From Octopus bimaculoides (lineage: Eukaryota): a stretch of 64,000 nt of DNA. The DNA lies in assembly GCF_001194135.2 (NCBI RefSeq), contig NC_068994.1:20652269-20716268 (forward strand), in the 5' to 3' direction. The position numbers and the translations under genes were made by a program. Positions 12,694 to 25,900 of this stretch are shown in pieces. The notes below the pieces were generated by a model, which saw nothing but the letters and a program-made list of their open reading frames with translations, ran no database searches and was not told where the DNA came from. Numbering within the stretch: the stretch's first letter is position 1; each line of letters begins with the position of its first letter.

Positions 12694-12914
12694 TATGAGG
12701 CGGGTGTAGAAAAGTTCCTGGCTTTTAGAGTATTGCCAAAGGCCTGTTTGGGGCCCAACCTTCCAAATTCTTTTACAGGGCTTACAAATACTGAAGGACC
12801 ACTGCAAAAAGTGTGAGAATCTGAGACGAGAATATGTTGAATAAAATCATAATTAACTGATCCTCCTGTATTTTCTTTTACCCAAAGTCAGGAACTTTTC
12901 AGCATCCTCTTGTA
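12694..12914 (+). mobile_element. Mariner-derived non-autonomous element
   Basis: TIRs around gaaaagttcctgrcttt at both ends with TA flanks. Retains transposase C-terminus-like ILKDHCKKCENLRREYVE*. Confidence 0.75.
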
Positions 12915-12949
12915 TATATATATATATATATATATACAGAGAGAGAGAG

Positions 12950-12989
<40 letters not shown>

Positions 12990-13037
12990 NNNNNNNNNNN
13001 NNNNNNNNNNNNNNNNNNNNNNNNNNNNNNNNNNNNN

Positions 13038-13083
<46 letters not shown>

Positions 13084-13092
13084 GAGAGAGAG

Positions 13093-13137
<45 letters not shown>
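12911..13137. repeat. (TA)n(GA)n compound microsatellite repeated on both sides of a gap
   Basis: Direct reading; gap at 12990-13037. Confidence 0.9.
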
Positions 13138-13141
<4 letters not shown>

Positions 13142-13349
13142 ATAGCAAAAACAGTTGAATGCTAGATTTAGTTCTAACTCTCTGTCTTGTGTTCAAATAT
13201 TAATGGAGGAAAATTTGCCTTTTTGGGGTCAATAAAAGAAGTACCAGTGATACTTTATCAATTCTTCTTCTTTGTGAAACTGGTTTTATGTCTTTTTAGA
13301 AGAATGAATTATTTACTAGTGTATAAAAATGTATCATTGTTGTTGTTGT

Positions 13350-16300
13350 TTAGCCCCTGGCATCAAAAGCATTCCAGCCATTATCATCCTACAAAGACCT
13401 ACAATGATCCAATGTGTCCTCTTTTCAAGATGGTTGGTAGAAGTTTGAAGAGATTTAAGTTGTTAATTCTAGCAAGCTGAGCAACCAGATAGAGGCTTCA
13501 CTATTCTTGCATGTGAATACAGATATCTAAATGACATTTACCACCACAACTGTCTGCAACAACACACTCTTGGTTATCTATCTATCTATCTATCTATCCA
13601 TCTATTTGCCTGTCTGTCTGTCTGTGCATATTCAAACTTATATTGTTCCAGTCACTTTGTGTTTGCAGAAAAGAGATTAGGGGGGGAAAAAAGCCAAATC
13701 ACTAAAATCTCACTCTAACATCTTCAAAAATGAAGGATACATTGGGTAATACAGATTCTGATTTACTGGATAGTCACAGCTGGCAAGTCTTTTGATGGTA
13801 TGAATGTGCGACCAAGGCTTTCTTGAGATTAGACAATGACACCTACAACCCTAAGAAAGAATACTTCTCTGTGGTTCGACCATGTAGAAATAGCAGCTAC
13901 ATCTCATAAATCATACCATATCATGTTGAAAAGGGAAGGAGACTTATGTCAAAGTTAATATATTTGTGGAAGCATACCTTAAACAAAGACAGGATGATCA
14001 TGGTTGGAGTGTCTTTATAGTATTTTTTTCTTTTAGATCGGGGCTGACATAGCACTAAAAATATTATCAGCAGCAGTATTTTTCCTACCATAATCAAACC
14101 ACCATCAACGCCAGAGCTTCTCTGCGGTCGCGTGATCTATTAGAAATAGCAACCAAATCACCCTCAAATTATACTCAACTGTCTTAAAAGCGGACACTTT
14201 GGTCAGTGCATTTCTTGATATACCGAATAACGGGATGGTTACGGTAAGAATGATATAAGCCATTGTTCAAGTCAATCAGGACTGAAATGAAACTAAATAA
14301 TAATGTTTCCATTATTGAGCCACCTAGAGAGCTGTACTAGGGCATTTAAGCGTGGGCATTTACCCCACACCCAAAACTTATTGATTGTGCCATTTTTTCC
14401 CTAACGGTCTTCGGGTTATTGTTTTGAACATCAGATTCAGATTCCGTAATTTTTTTTCCATTTCGATAGTTTTTTTTTTTTTCATTATCTGATTAGGGCT
14501 CTTAGATGTTGTAGTAATTTTTCTGTCTTTAAATATATTTCGTTTATTGTTGAAGTTGTAAATATAACATACTTTGTTTACATTTGCAAATATACTTTCA
14601 TTTCTTATCAATTGAAACAGCAGCATTTTAAATTTTCAGTAAATGAAACAACACAATGCTTTCATTAATGAATACACGTTAATTTTATTATTTTGAAAAC
14701 TAATACAACAGTTATTGTAAGATATTAAGGTTTTTTTTAATTAAATATCCTTGTAATTAATATATAAAATATTAAATTTATAAAACATTAAATTGAGCTT
14801 CTTTAATTTTCAAAGTACTTTATATTGTTTAAAAGGAAAATATGTCAAATCTATTGTTTTAAAATATTCGAAGACTGTTTTTTTCCTTTTATTTTTAAAG
14901 TTAGGAGGCATATTTTAAAAACTACGCTTTCACGAATGTGCTCGAAGGTGCCAAATCTTCCATCAATTCAGTCTACCGGCTTTTAAGGGAAGGACAGATC
15001 GGATAATGCAGACCTAGAGAAAAGTGGAATGTTTGCGACTGCAATAGCATTGTTCATAAGTCTGCTTGGAGTAGAGTTAACCTGGGGCTATACAACCACA
15101 GTGATAACAGGGAAAATAACAGTAAAAACGAACCATCGAGGGATCTTCTGCGCAATAGCTCGACCTGCTAGAAATAGCAGCCAATCCTACCTTAAATTAC
15201 ACCTTACCGTCTTTTAAGAAAATAGGACACGTTGAATAATGTAGTCTAAGATACGTAATGTTAGAGAGGATAGACCCGTCATGGTTCAAATGCTTTTGAC
15301 CTGGAACAAAACAATGACAACAGCAGCAAGCCACGTTTAACTGTCACAACTAGAGGAATGACAGCAGTAACAACAAACTACAGCAGCTGCAGCAAGACAC
15401 ACCGCCACCAACAGCTGAAGTACCCAAACTATCACAAACCACGGCACCCCTTCCCTCGTTTTATCACAGACAGTCAGATTTTATGACGATTCTTCCCCGT
15501 GTTCAGGTTGTGCTTACATTTCGCTCCATTCTGAAAACTTAGCAGTTGATGTACTTCTGCCTCCACCCCTCACAACCATAGAAAGGATTATTATTATTAT
15601 TATTTACAACCACTGAGAAGTATCTCACACAACCTGCTACCACCCTCCCCTATCACCGTATTCCTTCTTCACCTCAACTATTCGCTATTTTCTCATTACT
15701 TACTCGGATTTTTACTGAGACGTACGTACATCTATAAAATTGGTTTGCAGGTAAGTAAAGCAATTTACAAAAAAAAAACATTTGTGAAACTTTATTGACG
15801 CAATGATTGCGCGGGCGGGCGTGTTTTTATGTGTGAATATATATATATAGACACTCATAAATGTGTAAACACATGCATTTAATAACATATACGCATGTGT
15901 TCATGCCTGAAACAGAGGTGATGTGTCTATTGTTATTATTTGCGCCGTATTGTCAGTGTGTACGTGTACGCGAAGTCATTTCATGTATATTATGCAAGTT
16001 TGCCTAGCTCTCTATTTTTCTATCTCTCTCTCTCTCCTTCTATCTATCTATCTATCTATCTATCCGTGTGTGTCTGTGTATTGATATACAGGTGTGTATT
16101 TATTATTGATTGTTTTACAATTCAGTCAACAACATTTTGGTTGTGTTTGTATATGCGTATTTTCTTTCTCTCTCCCCAAGTAGTAAAAATCAATTATTGA
16201 TATATTTTTCTCGCCAATTTCGGATTTTTATCTTTATAACCTGTTTCTTATTTTACTTTATATATGATATAGTCGTTGTAATTTTATAAATTTCATTATA

Positions 16301-18391
16301 AGTTTGACATGCATATGTGTGTGTGCGCGCGCGCATGTGTGAAAATGTTTCCGCCTTCAGGATGAGACGAACGAGTCAAGGAAAAAAACTCCTTGGCCGC
16401 TTGGTCTGCTAGATATAGCAGCTAATTCTTCCTCTAATGAAATCCTGCCGCCTCGAAGAAATCATTGGATGATGTAGACCTAGAATAGCCTAAAAATGCG
16501 AACTGACTACGGCTGGAACACCTTTGAACTTGGTTAGTGTTCATTTCGGGCCGACCCGTCTGGTGCCCTCCGTTCCAGATATCTTTTCTGTTTGTTTGGA
16601 TGAAAATAATTTTTTATCTAAATACAAGGTCTCATAGTAAGAGTAAGAAAATGGGATTATGTGACGTATATGTTTTTCACAAAATTATAAGTTAAGTAAA
16701 ATGAAGTAACTCTACTTCGATCAGGAATTGTAAGTGGGGTTGCTATAGAGGCTCATTGTGATTTTACTATCACACTATGGCATTATTTTATTTATTTTTT
16801 CACATAAGCACAAAGTTCAAAATGTTGTTACAGGAAGGTAAATGAGAAATTCTAATATTCAGGCTTTTCTTTCTCAAAAGTTAGTTCAGTGACGTGGTTT
16901 AAAAAAGGAAATCGAAACAGCTAATTGTACATTCCATTGTAGGAGTTTTCAAGTTTATACATTCAAGTTTGCACAAGGCTCCACATTTTTGATCCCTCTA
17001 GATGATAGCATAAGTACCAGTACATTATTGATTCTGGCGAATATCGAAGGCCTTCGTTTTATAGAGGAGAGTTAAGAAGACAGTTACCGCCAGAAACATT
17101 AAGTGAATTGAAATGGATTCAACTTATAACAATAAGTTTACTTCTGATCTTGGTAGATATATTTGTTCGTTTTTCTGTTACCATATTACTGCTGAATATT
17201 TTCAAACGTTATGTTGATCTATGAGTTTCTTAGTCTACATACCTAATAAAAGTTATGTAAGCATATAAACATGAACCAACTTCTTGACATAACTTACGTT
17301 GATACGTCATTAATGAGTACACCCATCCAACCAGCTGACTTTTAAAGCATGTGTACGTGTGTAAACAGATAAGTTTATTTCAAAACAGGAGCCCTTACGC
17401 TCAACCTGCTAGAAATAACTGCGAAATCACTCTCAAATCAAGTCCCATTACCTTAAACGAGTAAGCGCGCCTTGTCAGTGTAGTCCTACATATACAAAAC
17501 ATGAAGGCTACGGTTGGAACGCCTTTCATGGCTGGTCTGCTCGACAAATCTTATCCCTGTATCACATTCACACATACACTCATGCGTACACATACAGTCG
17601 ACATAGAAACAAATAATCGTTCCTACTAGAAATTGTCATGAATAACGAGTTTACAAGATATGATTATTACCACCCAGTCACAATTATTCAAGTAGACAGA
17701 ATATCTAATCTTCGATTTTTGATCGAAGGGTCAATGATTCGATTTCTCGTCATTTAACTATTGCTGGCAGTCTACTTTGCTGTAATAAATAAGGAGTTCA
17801 GAAAACATGTATTGCCGAGTTCACTTTTTACGCCTTGATTTTTGTCAACACACCATTCTTTTTATTTTTAATCGATTAACGAATTTTTTTCTGTCTTTTC
17901 GATCACCCTTGTACTGTTTTCTTTTTTTTGCAATCATTTCCATGAAATGTTTTGTTTGTATTTCCAAATTCTGAATACATAAACTTCATCGCTAAATAAA
18001 TATAAAGGAATTCATTTCTGTGTTGTCACCTGCCTTGGTAGTTTTAGCCTTCCTGAAGTCACACCTTGTTAAAAGAGGAAGGGCATATTTGAATAATGTA
18101 GGGCAGTGGTCCACAGACAGTGCACCGCGGATTTTAAATCAATTCTAAGGCTTTTGAAAATTCATATTAGCTTGAACGTCTTGAAAAACGAGTTCGTAAT
18201 AATTTTTATGAGCAAATAAAATATATAAAGCAAAGGTAAGCAATGGTTTTGTATATTTTTTGTCCACATTTCTAACTTTAGAACAGTTTTCTCTTTAACT
18301 TTCTATGCGAAGTGCACCAGTACGTTTATTTGATCGCTTGTGTGCTACGTAGGTAAAAAAAGAACCAAGAATGTAGCCCCCGTCTCTCTCT

Positions 18392-18479
<88 letters not shown>

Positions 18480-18540
18480 AAACATGACCGCTGCGGTTGG
18501 AACGTCTTTCATGACTTGCCTGCTCGACAAATCTTATCTC
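13350..18540 (+). mobile_element. Cluster of ~200-bp family E repeats (ctgctagaaatagcagccaaatc...ggggctaaacaacaac)
   Basis: Plus copies at ~13870, 14120, 14955, 15150, 16390, 17392 and 18480; minus copy at ~13350. More at ~6530, 28200, 29050, 29400, 34690 and 63800. Confidence 0.75.
15500..15760. promoter_or_regulatory. Candidate promoter / first-exon region with divergent splice donors
   Basis: Plus CAG|GTAAGT at 15750/15751; minus donors GTAAGT (~15703) and GTAAGC (15517); CpG-rich, largely unique sequence. Confidence 0.3.
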
Positions 18541-20112
18541 TGTATCACATTCACACATACACTCATACGTGCACATACGATCTTTTCTGGAGAAAAAAAT
18601 GATAATAATAAGGCAGGTTGGTCACGGGCAGAACAATTTGTCTTGTTTACCTGATTTTAAATTTATATAAGGTGCGTTATTCCTTTATTAGTAGTTCTGC
18701 AGGAACTCCTTACATACACACACACACACACAGAGGCAACGAAAGAGAGTTACAGAAAGACTAATTTGGCAGAAAGTTGGCTATATTAAAAGAAGATAAT
18801 TAAAAAATTTATCGTATGTACTTAATGAATTTGAGCCGTGCGTGTGTACTCTTGCATATATAGTAAACTATATCTAAAGTCGTTCAAGCTTAATATGTAT
18901 GGATATATATAAATGTAACAATTTATTTTCCCCCACGTACAATGTTCTTTTTGATAACGAATTGTTTCTAAGATTATAATTTATTGAGAGGATTTGAACC
19001 TACCACCGTAGTACATTGTTGCGATTATGCACAAGATCCTGGCATTTGTCAGTTTAAGAATTGCTGCATAACGCACCTATTTTTAAATTAATGTTGCTGA
19101 GATTTAAATGGAAAACTAAAGCTGAATTAATTGTGGCAATATACAACTTGCTCAAATGCCTGCTTTTGTAAATTCAGTAAACATTCCCTTATGCATTTCG
19201 ACAGTATACTTAATTCAACATGCTTCCACAACTGCCAGGAACAGGATTCACGTTATCATTGCATATTGCATAAGATAAATTAGTATCTTCTCTCATCTAA
19301 AGTTATGCTTTATGCTGTGGGTTTTTCCTTTGGTACCTGCTGGCAGGTTGATGTTACCAACTTTACACTCTGTCCCAGGATACTGCGGAAATAGAGATTT
19401 CAGTTATGAACATACTGATCCCATATTCATGTTAAAAGTTTCTTTATGGTTTGGATGAATTCATAATTACATTTTACAATAGCGCATGGCTTCGAACAAA
19501 CTTTGAGCAGTATGAAGTATATAGTTAGGTGTCAATATCAGTAGTTACAAGACAAAGATTAAAAAGAAAGGTTAAAAAAATGCTTACAAAACTTTACAAT
19601 TCTATTCGCACATGCCAAATGTAAGGTGAATGATCTTATGAATTTGTTAAGGTATTGGTAAAAAGCAGTTGGGTAATTGTATTTCCTTTACTAGTAACTA
19701 TCTTGTCAAAGCAATATATATAAATTTTAGTCAGATAATTAGAAGAAAGTGGATCTCATTGTTTTATTTCGAGAAGCAAAATAGTTGAGTAGTTAAAGGA
19801 GTTTGACGGGTGGTTCATTGTTGAGGCGTCCAAATTTTCCGTAGGTTTTTCTTTGACCGTTTGAAACACATCAGTTTACCTGTGTAGCAAAACAAAGCTA
19901 CTCTTTTGTGTGTGAAAAGTCACGTTTCTTTTACAATAGGGTTCTGTATATGTAATATAATGAGTTGGAAAACCTCGATTAGCTCGAATAGACAAAGGAA
20001 TGTTTAAACAAGTCTTTAAAAATCAGGGGGAGCTAACTCCAATAAGTTCAGCCGAGCGAAGTTCTACCCTCACCCTTTCACACAATCTTATAATATATAT
20101 AATCTTAATATA

Positions 20113-20530
20113 TGTAGGTCGTCGTCGACTTACGACCGATCGACTTTACGACAGTTGACGCGCCAGCTCCCGGCAGCAATAATAAATAGTCCAGTTGAAA
20201 TCTAATGGGTTTAAATTCTTAGAAATTACAGAAATCAGCTAACAAACTCTTCCTGTATGTTTGGTTATCAATCGTCACTGTGTTGGATGACTATTCTGTC
20301 GCGGAGACATCGAGGTAACCTCGTATTTGTTTATAAGACGACGGCTTGAGACTCTGAAATTTTTGACTAACGCCAATATAATAGTATAATACAGAATGCT
20401 GTGTGTGACTTTTACCTGAGAATGTACCTTAAGAAAGGAAAAATATAAAACAAAGCTATGTAGGCCTATAGGCCGACTTACGACCAGTCAATCGGAACCA
20501 ATTGTGGTCGTAAGTCGACAACGTCCTGTA
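20113..20530. mobile_element. Tigger/pogo-like MITE
   Basis: TIRs aggtcgtcgtcgacttacgacc and ggtcgtaagtcgacaacgtcctg, TA flanks, subterminal cgactttacgac repeats. Confidence 0.75.
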
Positions 20531-21084
20531 TACATGTGACTGAAAAAAAATCACCTTCTCTTAGTAAATCAATCAATAGATCGACTAACTTTGGGAAATG
20601 CTCGAGAAGAGTGCTTTTGAACTTACTGCATTGCATGGTGACCGGTAATAAAGTCACAATTTTGGCTAGGAGAGAAAAGTCAATTTATGGTGGCTGGTAA
20701 TAAAGTCACAATTTATGGGATCTGGACAAAGCCCCTGTGACTTCTTTTTTTTTACCTGTGGCTTTTCTTACCTGGATTCGTATTACATACAGGAGAACCT
20801 TATATTTACTCTAGAGAACCATTCCTTGAGGTATTATCTCTCATCTATATTGTTAGTATTCATAATCAATGCCACTACATTCCCTCTATTTCAATGTATG
20901 CAAATTATTTTTAGTTTGGACAACTGAATAGAATATGCTTCACTGAAGATGTCCAATTAAAGCGAAACATATTTGTTGCTTTTATCAGTTGATTCTAAAA
21001 ACCAGACCCACTCCAATAGGCATTATCTATATTGTACAAAAAAATTTTATCAACTGATCTTGCGTTTATCTAAATTGCTTTTAG

Positions 21085-21147
21085 ATGTTAAGCAAACTTT
21101 GGGGGAGTTTTTGTCTGCTAATTGCTTGGATAATATGTTGATATTAG
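21085..21147 (+). CDS. Candidate 63-nt symmetric coding exon of an unidentified gene
   Basis: Acceptor tttatctaaattgcttttAG and donor AG|GTATGT. One fully open frame, xVKQTLGEFLSANCLDNMLILx. No homology recognised. Confidence 0.3.
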
Positions 21148-21419
21148 GTATGTGAGATTACTGAACATTCTATTCAAGAATTCTGGTATTGTTCGTTTGC
21201 TTAAATGCAGATCAATGATATGCATCAGCTCAAAGAATGCTGATGATTCGTGAATATATTACCCGTTATAGGTCCTGAGCAACAGTTTGAATTAATTAGT
21301 TGTAAAAAATTTATGCTTTAAGAATTCCACATGGAAAGAAGTGAGCTCCTGGAATATGTAGTCTATGGCATGGTTTTGATTCTGAGTCGAAGGTATTTAA
21401 ATTCACTTCTCAAATATTG

Positions 21420-21632
21420 ATTTCAAATTTTGGCACAAAGCCGGCATTTTCGAGGCATGGGTAAGTCAATTACATCGCCCGCAGTATTCAACTGGTTCGT
21501 ATTTTATTGACCTCGAAAGGATGAAAGGCAAAGTCGACCTCGGCGGAATTTTAACTCAGAACACGAAGACGGACGAAATGTCGCTAAGCATTTCGCCCGG
21601 TGTCCTAACGTTTCTGCCAGTTCACCGTCTTT
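21420..21632 (-). mobile_element. Family C SINE, CpG-intact
   Basis: aaagtcgacctcggcggaattttaactcagaacacgaagacggacgaaatg. Confidence 0.85.
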
Positions 21633-22374
21633 TTACTTCTCAAATATTACCTTTTAGAGAGTTAACTCCTTTTCTTGAAAATTGAAAACTTCATGACTAA
21701 TCACTTTTAATTTGTACTACACACCAGAAAGTGATTAGTCATGAGGTGTATATCAATGGCGCACATGAGTATAGATTTATCCTCCCTCCTCACTATTTTT
21801 TAATACAGTGCACTATTTGTTATAAATAGTAAGAATGGCTGGATATTTAATTGGATATTGCAAATGTAGTTAATGTGCGATGACACTACTTTGTTGATTG
21901 CGAGATGAAAGGCAATGTTCCTAGATTGACCTGTTTCCTAAAGAGTGGAACTATGGAAGGATGGCTGTGAGGATGTGGAGCTAACGTTATGCTTCGTGTA
22001 TTGGAAATTTCATTACAGTTTGGAAGGCGTAAACCAGAACCAGAGTGATTTTTGTTTCGGCTGACGCGAATTGTTATGTTGAGTATGGTAATGAGGGAGA
22101 GGTGGGGAGAATATTTACAGAAAGGCGTAAATGATAGGTAGCGTGTTATAAAATACCTTAGGACGCTGAATGAAACCTGCTGGTTTTGCGGAGGATAGAT
22201 GCAATGACTGTTATTTAATCTCAGACCGGCCTTGATCGAGCGGTCACAATTATTCTAGTTGTGACCAGCCTTTTATATATTCGGGATTGCATTGAGTAAT
22301 CTACCCTTTATTCAATGTAGAATGTTGTGATTTTAAGGAGATTTATCTGCTACTTCTAGTAGACGCGAGCATGG

Positions 22375-22725
22375 CACTATGGTTATGAAACTCGGTTTTC
22401 AACCACGTAGTTTCGAGTTCAGTCCTACTGCTTTAGCAAGTGTCTTCTACTTTAGCCTCGAGACGACCAATTTCTTATGAGTGAATTTGGTAGACAAAAA
22501 CTGTGTGGAAGCCTTTCGCATATGTCTTTGTGTTTGTCCCCCTACCCCACACAGCTTGATAACCGGTGTTGGTTTGTTTACGTCCCTGTAACTTAGCGGT
22601 TCGTCAAAAAAGACTGATAGAATAAGTACTATACTTAAAATAAGTACTGGTGTCAACTTGTTCGACTAAACTCTTTAAGGTGCTGCCCCATCGTGGTTGC
22701 AGTCCAGTAACTGAAACAAGCGAAG
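22375..22725 (+). mobile_element. Family B SINE, CpG-intact
   Basis: tttacgtccctgtaacttagcggttcg...ttgttcgactaaa. Confidence 0.85.
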
Positions 22726-25229
22726 AATTTTAAAGGTCGAACAACTGCATAGAGACTCCTTTATTAGCTGAGTAGGAAATAGATGTGGTAAGAGGATTCA
22801 ACATATTGACGAAGAAAAGTTTCGAAATTTTTCATTGAAAGAGAAGGAAAGTGTAAGAGACAGGTGTTTTTCTTTTATGACTAAACTGTCACAACGGGAT
22901 AGTGATACTTCTGTCTTGGCAGATAAGCGCAGACATATTTATATAATCACACTTGCTCAAAGACATCTCACAGGTTTTTAACGGAGTTGCGATGTTGGTT
23001 CGTTCCTCCACGCATCCTTAGTAATGTATAATACTGATAAGAGTTTCTATCGAAACAAAAACAAAAGGCAAAATCCCTTTTGTTTGCAAACTTTATGATC
23101 AATATCTTATACCCTTTTCCACAAAAGAGACCTCTTAGCGACTCTAGAACCAGGAGTATTCATAACATTTCGAAAGAACTCCAGAGCGTCTGGTCTTGGT
23201 ACAAAGTCTCAGACTTGACTTATTCGTTTTCTTTTTGTTGATTACGAACCAGTTTATTCTACTTTTAATATTTGTCACTTGATTCTCTTCTGTTTGGTTT
23301 TGTGCCAAAGACCTACGCACATTCCACCAGCTTCAAAGTATTTTGTATCGGCAGCATTTTGCGCAGCTGATTATAACAACCTGTTTACGTAAATGTTTAC
23401 AGCTAGCAGCTTAAACATGAATTCTAGCTAATATATTTTATCTCCAGTTCTATGACCGGAATCAAACTATAACTATTTAGTTACGTTATGTATTTTACTT
23501 TTTATTTAATCGAACAATAATAGCAAATTTAGTTAATGATTTTTAATCATCTATTTATTTATTCTAACCTGTATGCATATTTCGTTGTTTAATTTTCAAC
23601 AAATGAATCTCTGTGGTATATATTTGTTTAATGTCAGTAGGCTGCTATAAAGACCACAGCTATACTCACAGAACTAGTTTTGCAGTAAATTCATCTATCT
23701 TTCCCACCTCTCATCCCATCACTTTAAGAAATGGAGAGAGAGAGAGAGAGATCTAGACAGCCAGCAAGCAAAGATTTGACTTTCAAATATAGTACATTTC
23801 CTAAATATCCTTTCAAGTATCTCTATAAACTGGTTCTTATTTTTGGTTTCCAGGATTTTAAGTAGATAGACGCCAAGTATCTCCCTAATATACACCAGTC
23901 TATTTCAGGTGACTTTTCCTGCTTGTAAAATTGAACTCATAATTGAAAGTATAGTAATTGTCCAGTCCAGATATAGTAATAAATTTCTGTATCAGACTCC
24001 TAATTTATTTTTGGTGGGGTGGTGCACCAGACCATGTCCACTCTAAAATTAATGTATTCTATTTCTAATTGCTCCCACTGTTTGTCGAACCAATTTTGTA
24101 AATATATTCATGCTTTCATCTGCTACTATTCCAAGCTATTCCCCTAGATTGATTACTCCTGCTCACCGCTATCGGGATGGAGATTGCTGTCTGCAAGTAT
24201 GAGCTCCATGAGTCAGAGTGGCTGTTCCAGTGCATCTTCCTCACTATCCTCTGGGGCAGTGCCTTTTCCATTTTGTCTGCTGGTGCCATGAGAAATATTG
24301 AACTATGATAGAAGGTGGCCTTTACTGCTGTCAGTCTAGAATCGTCTCCCTTCATTATTATGGTGTTATGTAAATGGAAATAGAATACTAACTTGACTTT
24401 CTCAGTTTAGAAGTACTTTCTTTTCTATTAAAAAAGATATGAAGAAAAACAAAAATTGAAAGGAAAAACAACTCATATCATCCCTATTTGATTTGCAGTT
24501 CTTAAGTATAGTTTATTTTACTGTGTTACCTTTTTCTACATTCATCTGAGGTCTTATTCCAGAGGCGAATAAAATTACATAAAACCCTTTCATAGTGTCT
24601 GTTTACCATTTAGTATATTTCCAGCATATCCAACCATCTCCAACTTTGTAGCTTAAGCTTTGTAGTTTTCAGTTTTGTCAGCCTCTCTAGTTACATCAGA
24701 TTTTTCCATCCAGCTAGGTGTTTAGTAGTTCTTTGTACTGATTCAATTTTTCCCACAAGTTCTTTTTATTGTAAGAATTCTAGATTGTAGTTGCATAAAC
24801 TAAATGAGATCTTACCATACATTTATACGGGAGTAAAAATGTTTCTGTTTTCTTATACTCTTCATTACATTTGTCTTTCTAGTTTTCAAAATTTCAGTTA
24901 TTTATTTATTTAGTTATTTCATTATTTTTTATCTAATTTAATCTTAAGTTCTTTTCTTCATTTGCTTTCTGAATTTGTGACAGCTAATATCTCATTTCCT
25001 CAGTGTTCTCTCTGTATGACGGTATTTGCATTTGTCAGGACTTTCTTTTATTTCTTTATTGAGGCTAGAGAAACAAGTAGTACCTAGACCCTTTGTAGGT
25101 CCTCTGAGACTGATGAGATTGATGCTATTAATGTTTCTTTTGAACCATTACAAGTTAACACCTTCAGGAAAGACACAAGCAGAGCAAGAGAGTTTCAGAG
25201 GACTGATATCCTAGGAATGAAGGACGGGG

Positions 25230-25900
25230 CATAGTGATTAGTATGGAGCCTGGGGAAGTTGGACATAACAGGGGTGATGAGAACAGGAAATCTTAGTGGG
25301 TCAGGAATGCTTGAGTCCACCCAGTTCTGAGGAGCTGCAGACAAGGCAAAGAGAAGTAGCTGGAGTGTGTCTGTGAGTAACTTTATGCCAATCAATCAGG
25401 TGTCCCTTTTCTGAATGTGATCTAGGATGTTTGTGTGTGCAGCATGAATCCAAATGAGAGAGCAGTACTCCATTGTAGGTCACACCTGAGCTTTGTAGAG
25501 GAAATCAACAGCCAGTTTTTGCTTCAGTTTTGCATTTTCTGGAAATTTTCTTGCAGTTTAGCATAGTTTTTCACTTTAGTTGTCATTTATAAAATCTTAG
25601 CCATCATCTGCAAAAGGGCACATGTTTTTGATAACATTTACTAGTAAATCATTGATAAATACTAAGGATGGGAGTGATTCCAATACTGGTGCATGAGGAG
25701 TTCCTACTGTCATGTTGTGTCATTTTAATTTATTTTCTTTTGCTCTCACTTGTTTTCTATCATTGAGAAAGTTTTCAATCCACTTCAATATCTGACCATT
25801 AGTACCATATACTTTTACCTTGTTCATGCATGCTACTATTTTTGAAAATGCAATTTGCTTTCACTCCTTTATCCATATTTTCTGTCCATTCCTGAATTAC
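25230..25900 (-). mobile_element. CR1/L2-type LINE RT remnant
   Basis: Minus translation GTPHAPVL..SLVFINDLLVNVIKNMCPFADDG (the GVPQG...FADD region). Remnants probably extend to ~26700. Confidence 0.55.

Noticed and set aside
24116-24355. GC-richer 79-aa minus ORF
   Set aside because: No recognisable domain and ambiguous frames on both strands; may be old TE debris.
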